A stretch of 64,000 nt of DNA from assembly GCA_002269645.1 (NCBI GenBank), contig NIVC01000819.1, forward strand, positions 1-64,000. Direction: 5' to 3'. The position numbers and the translations under genes were made by a program. Under the pieces are notes generated by a model. The model saw nothing but the letters and a program-made list of their open reading frames with translations, made no database searches and was not told the origin of the DNA. Source of the stretch: Macrostomum lignano. Its lineage: Eukaryota. Shown here in pieces: positions 43,705 through 55,794 of the stretch (its first letter is position 1; the number at the start of each line of letters is the position of its first letter).

Positions 43705-43955
43705 TGAGGGGACTGTAGCCTAGTGGTTAGAGCGTCGGACTCGCAATTTAAAGGTCGGGGGATCGATTCTTGGCAATTTTTCCTTGAGCAGATACTTAAC
43801 TCTCTGCATTGCTTCAGTTCACCCAGCTGTAAAATGGGTGCCAGCATTAGCTGGGGTAATTGAGGGTGCGTGTGGCGACCCGCCAGTCTTTGGACTGAAC
43901 AGGACGCAGCCTTCAGATGCGCCGCGCAATAGCTGCGGCTGAGCTGTCGGTTGCG
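43705..43955 (+). mobile_element. tRNA-derived CORE-like SINE family 1 copy
   Basis: tRNA-like head TAGCCTAGTGGTTAGAGCG..GGATCGATTC, then CCTTGAGCA..ACTTAACTCTCTG..TTCAGTTCACCCAGCTGTAAAATGGG, resembling the MIR CORE consensus. Confidence 0.75.
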
Positions 43956-44779
43956 GATGCGTGGCTGCGGGTGCGATGTCGCTTTGACATGCAGCGCCAT
44001 GTCCTTCCCCCCGCCCCAGTTCGAGTCCATCCGGTTGGGGTTCGGGTGAATTCAGTGAAAGAGTTTCGGACAATGGTAAAAAGTTCAGAGCACTTTGAGG
44101 CAGCCGTCGCTATTCAAAGCAGCGCTTTCAGGAGAACAATGGTATAGCCGAGGCAAGGAAGTTGCTTTGTGATTCCTGAGCCGCTGAAGCTAGGAAGTTT
44201 AAAATCGTGAAAAAAATGCCCACCGCATCATTGATCCGTTCTGGGTAACAGTGGCTCCGGCAGCATCCTTTGACTCTCTTCATTCGATCCTCCCAAACTC
44301 TTACGTCAGGTAAAAGCGGGGATTGGGAGTTTTTGTGCTTAAAATAGACTTTAGTTTTTGTGTTTTAAAAAATCCCTAGTGAGGGGGGTTGACTGCAAGT
44401 CATAAAGTTTATTAACCATATTCTGGACTGCAATCATGCGATCAGGGCTATTCATCCAGTATCATTCAGTGTGACAAACAATGTCGAAATAGCGGGAAAA
44501 CACTGGAGTAGAACAACGCTAACCGTTTGAATTTCATTGGAGTTCGGTTTTAGTCGCAAAAAACATTCAACTCGATCGTACGTCCTCTGTTGGAGGCTGT
44601 TTTACTAGATTCACGGAATTCGCAAGGACCTCGGGCGCTTTTGAAGTTATAATTTAAAACTCTAAAAGTTATGGCTATTTATCAGTTTTCTCAAGGTTCT
44701 ATTGCTGAAAGTCAAAATGGATTAATTGAGTGCTCATTGATTGTTCATTAAAAAATAAAAAAATTGAACCGACGCCTCT

Positions 44780-45675
44780 GGTGCTGGCGCCTCTTGGTTC
44801 TGGCGCCAATAGTGCTGGCGCCTCTTTTGTTTCTGGCGCCTCTGGTGCTGGCGCCTCTGGTGCTGGCGCCTCTGGTGCTGGCGCCTCTGGTGCTGGCGCC
44901 TCTGGTGCTGGCGCCTCTGGTGCTGGCGCCTCTGATGCTGGCGCCTCTGATGCTGGCGCCTCTGGTGCTGGCGCCTCTGGTGCTGGCGCCTCTGGTGCTG
45001 GCGCCTCTGGTGCTGGCGCCTCTGGTGCTGGCGCCTCTGGTGCTGGCGCCTCTGGTGCTGGCGCCTCTGGTGCTGGCGCCTCTGGTGCTGGCGCCTCTGG
45101 TGCTGGCGCCTCTGGTGCTGGCGCCTCTGGTGCTGGCGCCTCTGGTGCTGGCGCCTTTGGTGCTGGCGCCTCTGGTGCTGGCGCCTCTGGTGCTGGCGCC
45201 TCTGGTGCTGGCGCCTCTGGTGCTGGCGCTTCTGGTGCTGGCGCCTCTGGTGCTGGCGCCTCTGGTGCTGGCGCCTCTGGTGCTGGCGCTTCTGGTGCTG
45301 GCGCCTCTGGTGCTGGCGCCTCTGGTGCTGGCGCCTCTGGTGCTGGCGCCTCTGGTGCTGGCGCCTCTGGTGCTGGCGCCTCTGGTGCTGGCGCCTCTGG
45401 TGCTGGCGCCTCTGGTGCTGGCGCCTCTGGTGCTGGCGCCTCTGGTGCTGGCGCCTCTGGTGCTGGCGCCTCTGGTGCTGGCGCCTCTGGTGCTGGCGCC
45501 TCTGGTGCTGGCGCCTCTGGTGCTGGCGCCTCTGGTGCTGGCGCCTCTGGTGCTGGCGCCTCTGGTGCTGGCGCCTCTGGTGCTGGCGCCTCTGGTGCTG
45601 GCGCCTCTGGTGCTGGCGCCTCTGGTGCTGGCGCCTCTGGTGCTGGCGCCTCTGGTGCTGGCGCCTCTGGTGCAA
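44780..45675. repeat. 15-bp minisatellite (GGCGCCTCTGGTGCT)n, ~59 copies
   Basis: Read directly; explains the GAGAS/LAPLV/HQRRQ repeat ORFs. Confidence 0.97.
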
Positions 45676-45828
45676 AAGCCCCTGGTGCTAAAGCCCCAGA
45701 TAAAAAATACTTTTTTTAGAAATAATCAATATATTCCTGGAAAATCGATACATCTATGTACATGTTTTATATGAAATATATCGTACCTTTATTTGAAAAT
45801 TATTCACAAAAACTGTGAATAATAACGC

Positions 45829-45879
<51 letters not shown>

Positions 45880-46020
45880 CTCTGTCCTGTCATTCCACAA
45901 AAAATTATTATGAACATTGCTATACTGTACATTGATCCTTTAGTCCTTTTATATCTTTTCAATACCTGATTTTGTCGTCTACACAGTATTTAATAAGTTG
46001 AAATAAATTCTGTTCGATAG

Positions 46021-46058
46021 TGCCTGAAGATGGCTAGTTTTAGCCGAAACGCGTCGCA
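46021..46058 (+). ncRNA. Minimal type I hammerhead ribozyme motif of Penelope-like type
   Basis: TGC-CTGAAGA-T-GGCTA(GTTT)TAGCC-GAAA-C-GC-GTC-GCA: catalytic core, 5-bp stem II, palindromic ACGCGT helix III, GUC cleavage triplet ending at 46055, 3-bp stem I. Confidence 0.6.
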
Positions 46059-46477
46059 AATAATATTGAGTTTTGTCTTGCTCTTTAGTTTTAGTTTAAA
46101 AGTGCTTCTACATGTAAATCGAAAGTAATTTTCTTGACCAAGAAGCTTTTAATCCTTTCAATGCGGCATTAAAGGCTTAAAAAGTTTCCGGCGCCATTAA
46201 ATCCATTGAAGATTTCATAAAAGCCTTCAAATTTAGCGACTTCGGTAATTGCTTGGGTCGGGATCACGTGGGGGGGTTTATTTGCTCTCTTTTAGCGCGT
46301 AGGATTCGGCGTAAAAGTGCGTGGTGGAAAGCAGGACTGTTCTGTATTTTTTACTCAGACTGCCGATCCCCTACGGTACGTCAGCTGTTTTGAGAAGTTA
46401 AGCTTGGTTCTGAATATCAGGTTGAATATCACTTGGCTCGTACTTCCTGTTTCCGCTTGCTTTATTGACGGTCAGGC

Positions 46478-47243
46478 TCACGGCTTCACCCAGACCCACT
46501 GGGCCTCGCTGGCGACCTCGCCGGGCACAGCGGCGAATCTCATGAGGCGGCACATCCGGCTGGACTGCACGAAGGCGCAGGCGAGGCAGTCCGGGCTGCG
46601 GTGGCAGGCGACGAGGCACTCGAAGACCGTAGCGGCCTCCTGGCTCCTGTAGGTGCTGTTCTCTGGCTGTCCGGGCGCGGTGGTGAGCATCGACTTGGTT
46701 GAGGCCACGCGCTTGAAGAGGCCGGTCTCTGAGCAGCAGCATAAAGGCAGAAAAATGCAGATAAATTTAGATAGGAATCTTTATCTAAAAGACCAGCAAA
46801 CTTTTCTTACCTGGCGCATAGAAGTTCTCATAAATGGAGTTCCTATCGAAGCCGCCGCAAATCTGGCTGCTATTTCCATAGCAGTTTGTGTTACATTCAG
46901 AATCTGATGAAGCGGCTCCATGCAGTCCGTAGCTGTTGCCGCAGAAGCAGAAGCCTTGCGCCTGCAGACCGAAGTAGCGAAATCTGCCCAGGGCGCAGAG
47001 GCTGCTGCAGCTCTCGATGGTGACGGTGGCCACATTGAAAAAGTAGGCCAAGTCTATCCTATCGGTGAAAGGCCCGATGGTCTTCAACCCAGTGAGGCCT
47101 TTCAAATCTCTGTTGCTGTTGTCACCATCAACAAAGCAGCCGATGTATCCGTAATGCAGCACACTTGGCTGACTCATCGCCACCAGGAACAGCAAGGCCA
47201 GAGGCACGGATAGGAGGACAGTCAGGTGCACGGAGCGCTGCAT
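46478..47243 (-). CDS. WSC + PAN/Apple-like protein, type B copy 3 (exons 47243-46811, 46728-46478; 227 aa)
   Basis: Paralog of B1/B2; donor CCA G|gtaag, acceptor ctcag|AG, 82-bp intron in frame. Confidence 0.9.
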
Positions 47244-48543
47244 GCTGGCGGATACAGCAAGCTGGATGAAGACTGAAGGCTGCTTGACGCTGCTGGACTC
47301 TGACTACAGGATGAGGATTCACTTGTGGACACCCTTCGACAAGATTACGAACAGGCCAAGATGCCTTTCAGACGGATGTGTATTATATGCGGACTTTTTC
47401 ACAAGAAACAATGGCATGAGTTGATGAAGTGCGGATGAAATTTCATTGGTTGCTTGCGACTTGCGGGGCTTGGTGACTCTGTAACTCTCCTGCACAGGCT
47501 GGTAAGCAGTTCAGACAAGTTGCCATGGTAACCAGCAAGACAACCAACCTAGCTTCCCTTTTCCATCTTGACCAAGCGGCAGAGAGGCAGAAAGGAAGCT
47601 CGCATTGTATCGCTTGATTGATACGGAAAGCGCCAAGCGAAAGCCGGAGTATATTCGGTTTCGCGCCTTTCACAAGAAACTTGTGCTAGCGTGGAAATCC
47701 ACCTACCTGAACACAGCCAATTCAACCCGATGGTCACGTGAAACACGCCACAGTGCACAGCATAAATAATCAGTCTATCTGACGTAGGATGCCGTCAGGC
47801 GCGAATTCAAGTAAAGAAAACTGAAAATGCAAACAAAAACAAAGCAGTAGCATTGGAAAGTGGAATAGCACCAAGTCACTAAACTATCTTATCGTTGCAA
47901 ATGGAACGATGCAATTTCCAAACCCCAGGGGCCCGAATCGGGAGTCAATCGGTAACGAGCCTAATGACCGAGGCAACGGAAGCCGAGTCAAGAAGCAGTG
48001 GTAAGAGCACCGAGTTTTGTTCCACTCTGCTGCCAGGTGAGGATTAAAGCATTGCAGCAAAGCTGAGACAGCTAAGCAAAGCTGCTCAACCCGGAGAGAC
48101 TGATAGATGCATGCACAGCACGTCAGTCTCAAACTCCAAAGCAGCGGAAGCATTGACAGCGCCGGCACTGATGCGTAACACCGGACTGCTGCAGAACTGC
48201 TGCTGAAGATCCATCGATACAGCCTCAGGCCGACTGTCTTTCCCACCGTGACTGAGTCAACTCAGGCATCAGCGGCATCTCTTTCGCATAGCTATCTATT
48301 GTATAGAATTTTTTGTCTGCATCAGTCTCGTCTCTTACCCCTGGCTGAATCGCTGTGGGAGGATTAGCCTGCAAGCACCAGCTTGTTGAGAATTCACTGA
48401 GCAAGCAGAGGACAGCAATGCGTGACAAGTCATGCAGCTCCTCCCATCTTTGGTAGCTGGAAAATGAAGCTGCCTCAGGCTCCTAACTCTGCGAGTCTCA
48501 GAATTTTTAAAATGTCTCTCATCAGCGACTCAAAACTCTGTTT

Positions 48544-49231
48544 GTTGTTAAACGGAGGTGGGAGCTGTTGCTACCCGCGGATCAGCCCTGAGAGGGGCTC
48601 TGCCGCTGATGGGCACTACCAGGGGCCTAAGCCCGAGATACCCACTAGACTAGTTGGTTAGACCCTAACGCCTTGGCTAGGGCTGGGTGTGAACTACTAA
48701 TAACCCAAGCCTATGGACTAAGGCACCGCCAACCCAACAGTGGAATCAGGGACGGTGCTAGGACCGAGTCCACCCAGGCCACCACCCAGCAGACAAGTCC
48801 TTGGGAGTGCGCGCGAAAAAAGGTTTGAAAAGCTTAGTTTGCTACTTAGAGCGGTCCGAGAGAGGGGAAACCCCAGAGGTCTACGGAAAAAGCTATAGTT
48901 AGGAATTTGGAATTTGGCTGAAAGGCTTGTTTCCAAGGGCGAGACTCCTATCAAGAGGTAGACATTGCAAGACCCTCCTAGAGGGCTGCGAGCCACAAGG
49001 GTATCACCTATCCAGCTCTAGATTGGAGGCCGGGCCAAGGGGTCGGGAAAGGGGCACAAGGCGCAAGAGGACCCGGACTCAGCCGGTATCCCCGATTCGG
49101 GACGAACTCCCTACCCAGGACTCCAGTCCACTGTCAGGATGAGAGCCGAGACACAAGGGCAGGGAGACAACCAGAGGAGCCAGCAGATGGACCAAGGTCA
49201 GAGCAAGATGGACCGGGCAGGGAGGGCAGAG
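48544..49231 (-). mobile_element. ~690-bp non-coding insertion with a 15-bp TSD, probably a 5'-truncated non-LTR retroelement
   Basis: CTCAAAACTCTGTTT at 48529-48543 and 49232-49246; empty site in the paralogs (~15837 and ~37905); minus-strand end ..TTTAACAAC(AAA). Confidence 0.75.
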
Positions 49232-49649
49232 CTCAAAACTCTGTTTAAGCTGTTCAGCTCAGAGCTCTCCTGGGATTGCCTCGCTCAGGTGATGCCAGGG
49301 ACTACTAAAACTAGTTTTAGTAGCATCACCTCGAAACTAGTTTCAGTAGTCCCTGGATGATGCTTGTTTTTAAAAAGCGACTCGCTCAGGTTTGATGGCG
49401 GGCTTGCATTGTAGGTGCTGCTTGCATTGCATTGTGGACATGGAGAACAGCCAAAAATGCCAAAATAACCCGTTTCAGGTCACGTCAAACGACTTTACTG
49501 TGCGGTATGATAAACCTGATGATAAGACCATTCGAACATGCCTGCACCGAAGCCCCCAAGCACAATGGAAGCTGAGGGCAGCTCAATTTGGTTAAAATCT
49601 TGAATCCCAGGGATGAAGAGCTGCTGACTAGAAGAGGCGAGAGATTATA

Positions 49650-50365
49650 GCAACTAGCAACAGAAGCCGAAGCCATAGCAACAGAAGCCGAAGCCATAGC
49701 AACAGAAGCCGAAGCCATAGCAACAGAAGCCGAAGCCATAGCAACAGAAGCCGAAGCCATAGCAACAGAAGCCGAAGCCATAGCAACAGAAGCCGAAGCC
49801 ATAGCAACAGAAGCCGAAGCCATAGCAACAGAAGCCGAAGCCATAGCAACAGAAGCCGAAGCCATAGCAACAGAAGCCGAAGCCATAGCAACAGAAGCCG
49901 AAGCCATAGCAACAGAAGCCGAAGCCATAGCAACAGAAGCCGAAGCCATAGCAACAGAAGCCGAAGCCATAGCAACAGAAGCCGAAGCCATAGCAACAGA
50001 AGCCGAAGCCATAGCAACAGAAGCCGAAGCCATAGCAACAGAAGCCGAAGCCATAGCAACAGAAGCCGAAGCCATAGCAACAGAAGCCGAAGCCATAGCA
50101 ACAGAAGCCGAAGCCATAGCAACAGAAGCCGAAGCCATAGCAACAGAAGCCGAAGCCATAGCAACAGAAGCCGAAGCCATAGCAACAGAAGCCGAAGCCA
50201 AAGCAACAGAAGCCGAAGCCATAGCAACAGAAGCCGAAGCCATAGCAACAGAAGCCGAAGCCATAGCAACAGAAGTCGAAGCCATAGCAACAGAAGCCGA
50301 AGCCATAGCAACAGAAGTCGAAGCCATAGCAGCAGAAGCCGAAGCCATAGCAACAGAAGCCGAGC
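49650..50365. repeat. 21-bp minisatellite (AGCAACAGAAGCCGAAGCCAT)n, ~34 copies
   Basis: Read directly; explains the ASVAMAS/LRLLLLW repeat ORFs. Confidence 0.97.
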
Positions 50366-50980
50366 CAGGAGGAAGGAGCAGAAGCACAGTTGGCTTTAAA
50401 TTTTCAATGCATTTTCAACAGTGTATTTGCTATTCATATCTTGCTACTAAATAGTAGTGTAGTCGATTTCTTAAGATTTAACGCGCCAATGTCATGTTGA
50501 TAACTCATTAACTTAGACAAGGGTTTCATAAAGAAGCATTTGCAGTAAACTGTCCCCAAAAAATTAACGGAATTTGAGAAACAAGCAGCGTTTTCTATAA
50601 CGTTGGTTTTTGAGTCCAGAGGCTGCATGATCAAGTCGCTGATTCTGCTAATAAAACTCTTATGTCCCTGATCGGTGCATTTCCTGTTGGATACTTGGAT
50701 TGGAGATCAGTTGGATCAATATGTACAGCCAACTGCCTAGTGTAACTCCATGTCTGTAACGGATGTATGAAGAAATAATTAACAATACCAGCCAAAAGGC
50801 AGCTTCGAGTTTTGCGATGCCATTATTCACTATCGTCTGGCAGCACTGCAAATTCAATCTGCCAAGATTTTGTGGCCACCTGCTGCTTCAACCAATTGTT
50901 CAAACATTTCCTTACGCAGACAAATGAGCTTTAGGTTCAGAGCTGTTTGTTTCTCCACGGCAGATTATCAGCCGACAGGC

Positions 50981-52011
50981 TCACAGCTTCACCCAGACCC
51001 ACTCGGCCTCGCTGGCGACCTCGCTGGGCACAGCGGCGAATCTCATGAGGCGGCACATCCGGCTGGACTGCACGAAGGCGCAGGCGAGGCAGTCCGGGCT
51101 GCGGTGGCAGGCGGCGAGGCACTCGAAGGCCACCGTGGCCTCCTGGCTCCAGTAGGTGCTGTTCTCTGGCTGTCCGGGCGCGGTGGTGAGCATCGACTTG
51201 GTTGAGGCCACGCGCTTGAAGAGGCCGGTCTCTGAGCAGCAGCACAAATGCAGATAAATGTAGATTTATGTAGGCAATCCGGGCTGCGGTGGCAGGCGGC
51301 GAGGCACTCGAAGGCCACCGTGGCCTCCTGGCTCCAGTAGATGACGGAGCTGGCGGAGGCTGAGATGGTCGGCATGGCAGACGCGGCCACTCGCTCCAAT
51401 GCGGACCCGACTGCGGGTGAAGTTGAGTGAAAGCAGTTGCTGCGTGACTTTCCGCTGTCAGGCATTCTGGTGACCAATGCTAAGCTTATAATCTGAGTGC
51501 ATGGGAAGTACATCTTCATCGAACACAATAGCAAGTTAGATAGTACTTGTATTCAATCCGTTAAAGTTAAATAACTATTTGCAACCGTCGCATAGGAGAT
51601 TTCGTAGATGGAGTTGCGGCCCCAGCTACCGCAAATCTGACTCTCATTTCCTCTACAGGACGCGCTGCAGTCCGACGAAGCAGCAGCACCGTGGGAGCCA
51701 AAGGTGGTATCGCAGCAGCAGTAGTCCCTGGACTGAACGCAGAAGTAGCGAAACCGGCCGTAGGAGCAGATCTGGCTGCACAGCTCCAGGGTCATCGAGC
51801 TGTCAGTGTGCACGAATGCAGGGACAACATTGCTGATAGCAAACATTCCGAACGAGGTGAGTCCCAGAAGTCCGACCAAGTCTCGGGAACCGCCGCCGCC
51901 GTCCTCATAGCAGCCAACGTGGCTGAACCCCAGCGGCTGCGGAGGCACAGCGACCGTGCAGCCGCCGCCGCTGACGAGCAACAGCAGCAGCAAGAAAACA
52001 GCCGCATGCAT
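50981..52011 (-). CDS. Type C copy 2: WSC exon, then a truncated C-type exon 2 (51410-~51272), then a complete B-type exon 2 (51231-50981); chimeric
   Basis: The C-type exon 2 stops after SPDCL and runs into the B-type intron tail (TCTGCATTTGTGCTGCTGCTCAG). Splicing 51576 to 51231 would be in frame (228 aa). Confidence 0.68.
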
Positions 52012-52954
52012 TTCACAGCTCAAATGCACTTAAGAGCAGATCTGACGAAGCCGTTGCGGGAGTTTCGATGGGGGTTTTCTACTCAGTTCTGTTGCTAGGC
52101 GAGGATTGTCACAAAACTGAGGATGCTTAATTAACTTGCTGCTGACACAATTGGCTGCTCAACCCGGAGAGACTCTAATAAACTTGTAGATGCACAGCAG
52201 GGCAGCAACGCTTCAAACTCCACACCAGCCAAGCAGCAGAAGCTCGACTGTCTTTCCCACCGTGACTGAGTCGACAATGGCCTCAGCTGCATCTCTTTTG
52301 CATAGCTGTCCATTGTATAAAATTCTTTGTCTAAATCAGTCCCGTCTCTTACCCCTAGCTGAGCCGCTGTGGAATAATTAGCCTGCAAGTACCATCTCGT
52401 TGAGAATGTTACTGAGCCAGCAGAAGACAGCTTGCAATGGTTGCACGAAATGCAGTTATAGTCTTTGTTAGTTCTGATGGAAGATGAATGTGCTGCTGGC
52501 TCCTAACTTTGCGTGTCTCAGAATTCTTGAAAATGCCCCTCATTAGCGACTCAAAACTCTGCTTAAATTGTTCAGCTCAGGAGCATGGCTTTGCTCAGGT
52601 GATGATGGCGGGCTTGCCATTGTAGGTTGTGCTGTCAGTCAGTTTATTGCTAGCTAGTGGCTAGAATATGGTCCATCAGGTATCAAGATCTCCATTAAAT
52701 TTTTCTACAAACAGAATCTCGCCATAGCCTATTCCCTTTGTGGGGATTGCATGTATTGGGGATATTTGAAAAAAAGAATTAACAATAGGAGCCAAACGGT
52801 AGTTTTAGTTTCGCAATGCCGTAATTTTCTTTCGTCTGCAGTTGCGTCGCAGTCTTTGTATTGTAAGCACATCATTCTCTCAGAAATCTCTCTGCGCAGC
52901 CGATTCAGCTGCGTACTAACCAGCGCGAGCTCTGCTTAACTTGCTGCATCAACT

Positions 52955-53790
52955 GGATCCTCAGGTAATTAGCATCTAGATCCTCAGGTAATTAGCATCT
53001 AGATCCTCAGGTAATTAGCATCTAGATCCTCAGGTAATTAGCATCTAGATCCTCAGGTAATTAGCATCTAGATCCTCAGGTAATTAGCATCTAGATCCTC
53101 AGGTAATTAGCATCCAGATCCTCAGGTAATTAGCATCCAGATCCTCAGGTAATTAGCATCCAGATCCTCAGGTAATTAGCATCCAGATCCTCAGGTAATT
53201 AGCATCTAGATCCTCAGGTAATTAGCATCTAGATCCTCAGGTAATTAGCATCTAGATCCTCAGGTAATTAGCATCTACATCCTCAGGTAATTAGCATCCA
53301 GATCCTCAGGTAATTAGCATCCAGATCCTCAGGTAATTAGCATCTACATCCTCAGGTAATTAGCATCCAGATCCTCAGGTAATTAGCATCCAGATCCTCA
53401 GGTAATTAGCATCCAGATCCTCAGGTAATTAGCAACTAGATCCTCAGGAATTAGTATCCAAATCATCAGGTAATTAGCATCTAGATCCTCAGGTAGTTAG
53501 CATCCAGATCCTCAGGTAATTAGCATCTAGATCCCCAGGTAATTAGCATCTAGATCCCCAGGTAATTAGCAACTAGATCCTCAGGAATTAGTATCCAAAT
53601 CATCAGGTAATTAGCATCTAGATCCTCAGGTAGTTAGCATCCAGATCCTCAGGTAATTAGCATCTAGATCCCCAGGTAATTAGCATCTAGATCCCCAGGT
53701 AATTAGCATCTAGATCCCCAGGTAATTAGCATCTAGATCCCCAGGTAATTAGCATCTAGATCCTCAGGTAATTAGCATCTACATCCTCAG
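52955..53790. repeat. 23-bp minisatellite (TAGATCCTCAGGTAATTAGCATC)n, ~36 copies, with a 137-bp higher-order duplication
   Basis: Variant block AACTAGATCCTCAGGAATTAGTATCCAAATCATC at 53434 and 53571. Confidence 0.95.
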
Positions 53791-54674
53791 GCTGCTACCA
53801 AGGAGTGCAGATGGATACCTGCTGCCTTTGATGTTACACCGCTAATGCGGAGAGTCGCTATGAGTATACAATTTGAGTGATCCCTTGGGCAGGTGAAAAT
53901 CCGCCAAACTTTCAAGCCCAATTGAAGCAGCATCTGGGCAAAAAATGGAAGTCGATTTTTCTAAGAATTGAAAGCGATGTTAAGATTCTAATTATGGCAA
54001 GCCACCTGTGTGAATCTACGTTGTTCTCAGCTTCTCAGAATCGAGGCAGGTCTTCTTGAAATAAATGTACTGCTTCAAATTTCCATCGTTCTGACGCATT
54101 TCAGTGCGTCACCGACAGTCTGCACTTTCACTTTGATTACACTGCTCAATAGTAGCTTCATAACCGTATCTTACTACTTACTCAATAGTAGGCGATGATT
54201 TCTTAGGACTCAGCGGATCGATGGATGTTTGACAGTTGATTGACTTCGGGCACAGTTAGACAGGTGTTTTACGAGCATGCTCATGATAGGAAACTGAAAA
54301 CTCGCTAATTGGCTCTGTTTGGTTAAGTTTTGTCAAGACAGGTGGAAATCATATTACATTGCAGTATTAACATGTTTAACACCGAATTTAGTTGTTGGTT
54401 TTGCTTTGTCAATTCAGATTCTGCTTCACAATGGCGACAATCAATTTGGGGTGCCGCGAAAAAGTGTAAAAGAGCCACTTGGGGACAATTTTCAAAAGAT
54501 AAGGAGACAAGGTAGAAAAATTGTTAACGTACGGTAGGGCAGTCTACGTTACTAATTAAAAACGCCTTTGCTAAAAAAAGCAACATTAAGTAATTGTTCT
54601 CTGCTTGTTTGCTCGATTTTGCCATCCCAGAAGTTCTTCTCTCGAACTCATTTGCTTTTGTAGTTGCAAATTCG

Positions 54675-55446
54675 TCACTTCTTAACCCAGACCCACTGGG
54701 CCTCGCTGGCGATGTCGCTGGGCACAGCGGCGAATCTCATGAGGCGGCACATCCGGCTGGACTGCATGAAGGCGCAGGCGAGGCAGTCCGGGCTTCGGTG
54801 GCAGGCGGCCGCGCACTCGATGACGCTTCCGGCCGTCTCGCTGCGGTAAACGATGGAGCTGTCGGAGGCTGCGATGCTCGGCATGGAAGCAACGGGAACT
54901 TTCGTTAGTTTCGGTTCAACTGTAAATTAGGAAGGAGTTCAAAAAGTTGTCTAAATCGTTAGGATAAAAACTGGTTTAACTTATTGAGAGGATCACAATG
55001 TTCTTGGCGCAGAACACACTCGGTGGATACAGAGACTCATAGATGGAGTTTCTTGAGTCGCCGCCGCACTCCTGAGACGTGTTCCCTTTGCAAGGGTAGA
55101 TGCAGTCGGCGGCAGCGGCGACGCCTTTCGAGCCGTAGGTCGAGCTGCAGCAGCAGAAAACGCGGCTCTGGGTACCGAAGTAGCGAAAGCGGCCGTAGGA
55201 GCAGATTTCTCTGCACATCTCCAGCGTCAGACTTTCTTCTCGGACAAAGACCGGGTTTCCTGAGTCATATGAGTAGGGTCCCAAAGTAGTGACCCCTTTC
55301 AGGCCAACCAGGTCCCGATCCCCGTTGCCTCCGTCAACGTAGCAGCCAAGGTACTGATGGCCCAGCGGCTGCGGAGGCAGCAGCAGCCCTGAGCAACAAT
55401 AGCCCTGCACCAGCAGCAGCAGGAGGGCCTGATCGGGGCGGAACAT
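54675..55446 (-). CDS. WSC + PAN/Apple-like protein, type D copy 2 (exons 55446-55020, 54919-54675; 223 aa)
   Basis: Near-identical to D1; donor CCG A|gtgtg, acceptor tttacag|TT, 100-bp intron. Confidence 0.9.
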
Positions 55447-55794
55447 TGGCTCAGCGACGGGTTGCAGCGAATAACGGAGGGCTGAGTCCGAATCAGTCTG
55501 GTAATTTCAAGTTCTCCGCAGACTTTTTATATCGACCGGTGTCGCCCCCACCCCAATTGGTTTATTTGCCCGGCTCAGGGACTTCTTGATAGAGCATCTG
55601 AATTGGAAGCTCCCACCCCAAACATTTCATGGGGGAGCAAAACCGATAGCGAGTCAAATCAAAGCAATCGCCCAGCCTAGTAAGTCAGCTATTCTAGATG
55701 AAGCGATGGCTCAAAGCTCATAAAAATGTACGCGCTCTGAAGGCTCACCCAAGTAGAAGGCATGAGGGGGCTTCTGGGACAAAATTTTTATTTT

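Larger units (their letters stand above)
33840..55751. other. Segmental duplication: B2-C1-D1 block (~33840-40537) versus B3-C2-D2 block (~46480-55751); B1 unit (~11480-16900) is a third partial copy
   Basis: Collinear genes, intergenic sequence and minisatellite loci; ~11.5-14.6 kb matches 26.5-26.8 kb plus 32.7-35 kb once the LINE is removed. Confidence 0.92.

Noticed and set aside
43705-43790. tRNA genes at the SINE heads (also 11495, 13135, 42828)
   Set aside because: A and B boxes are present, but I could not fold a full cloverleaf or acceptor stem, and each continues into a shared SINE body.
52955-53790. Regular 23-bp arrays as CRISPR
   Set aside because: No unique spacers, no cas genes, and a eukaryotic context.
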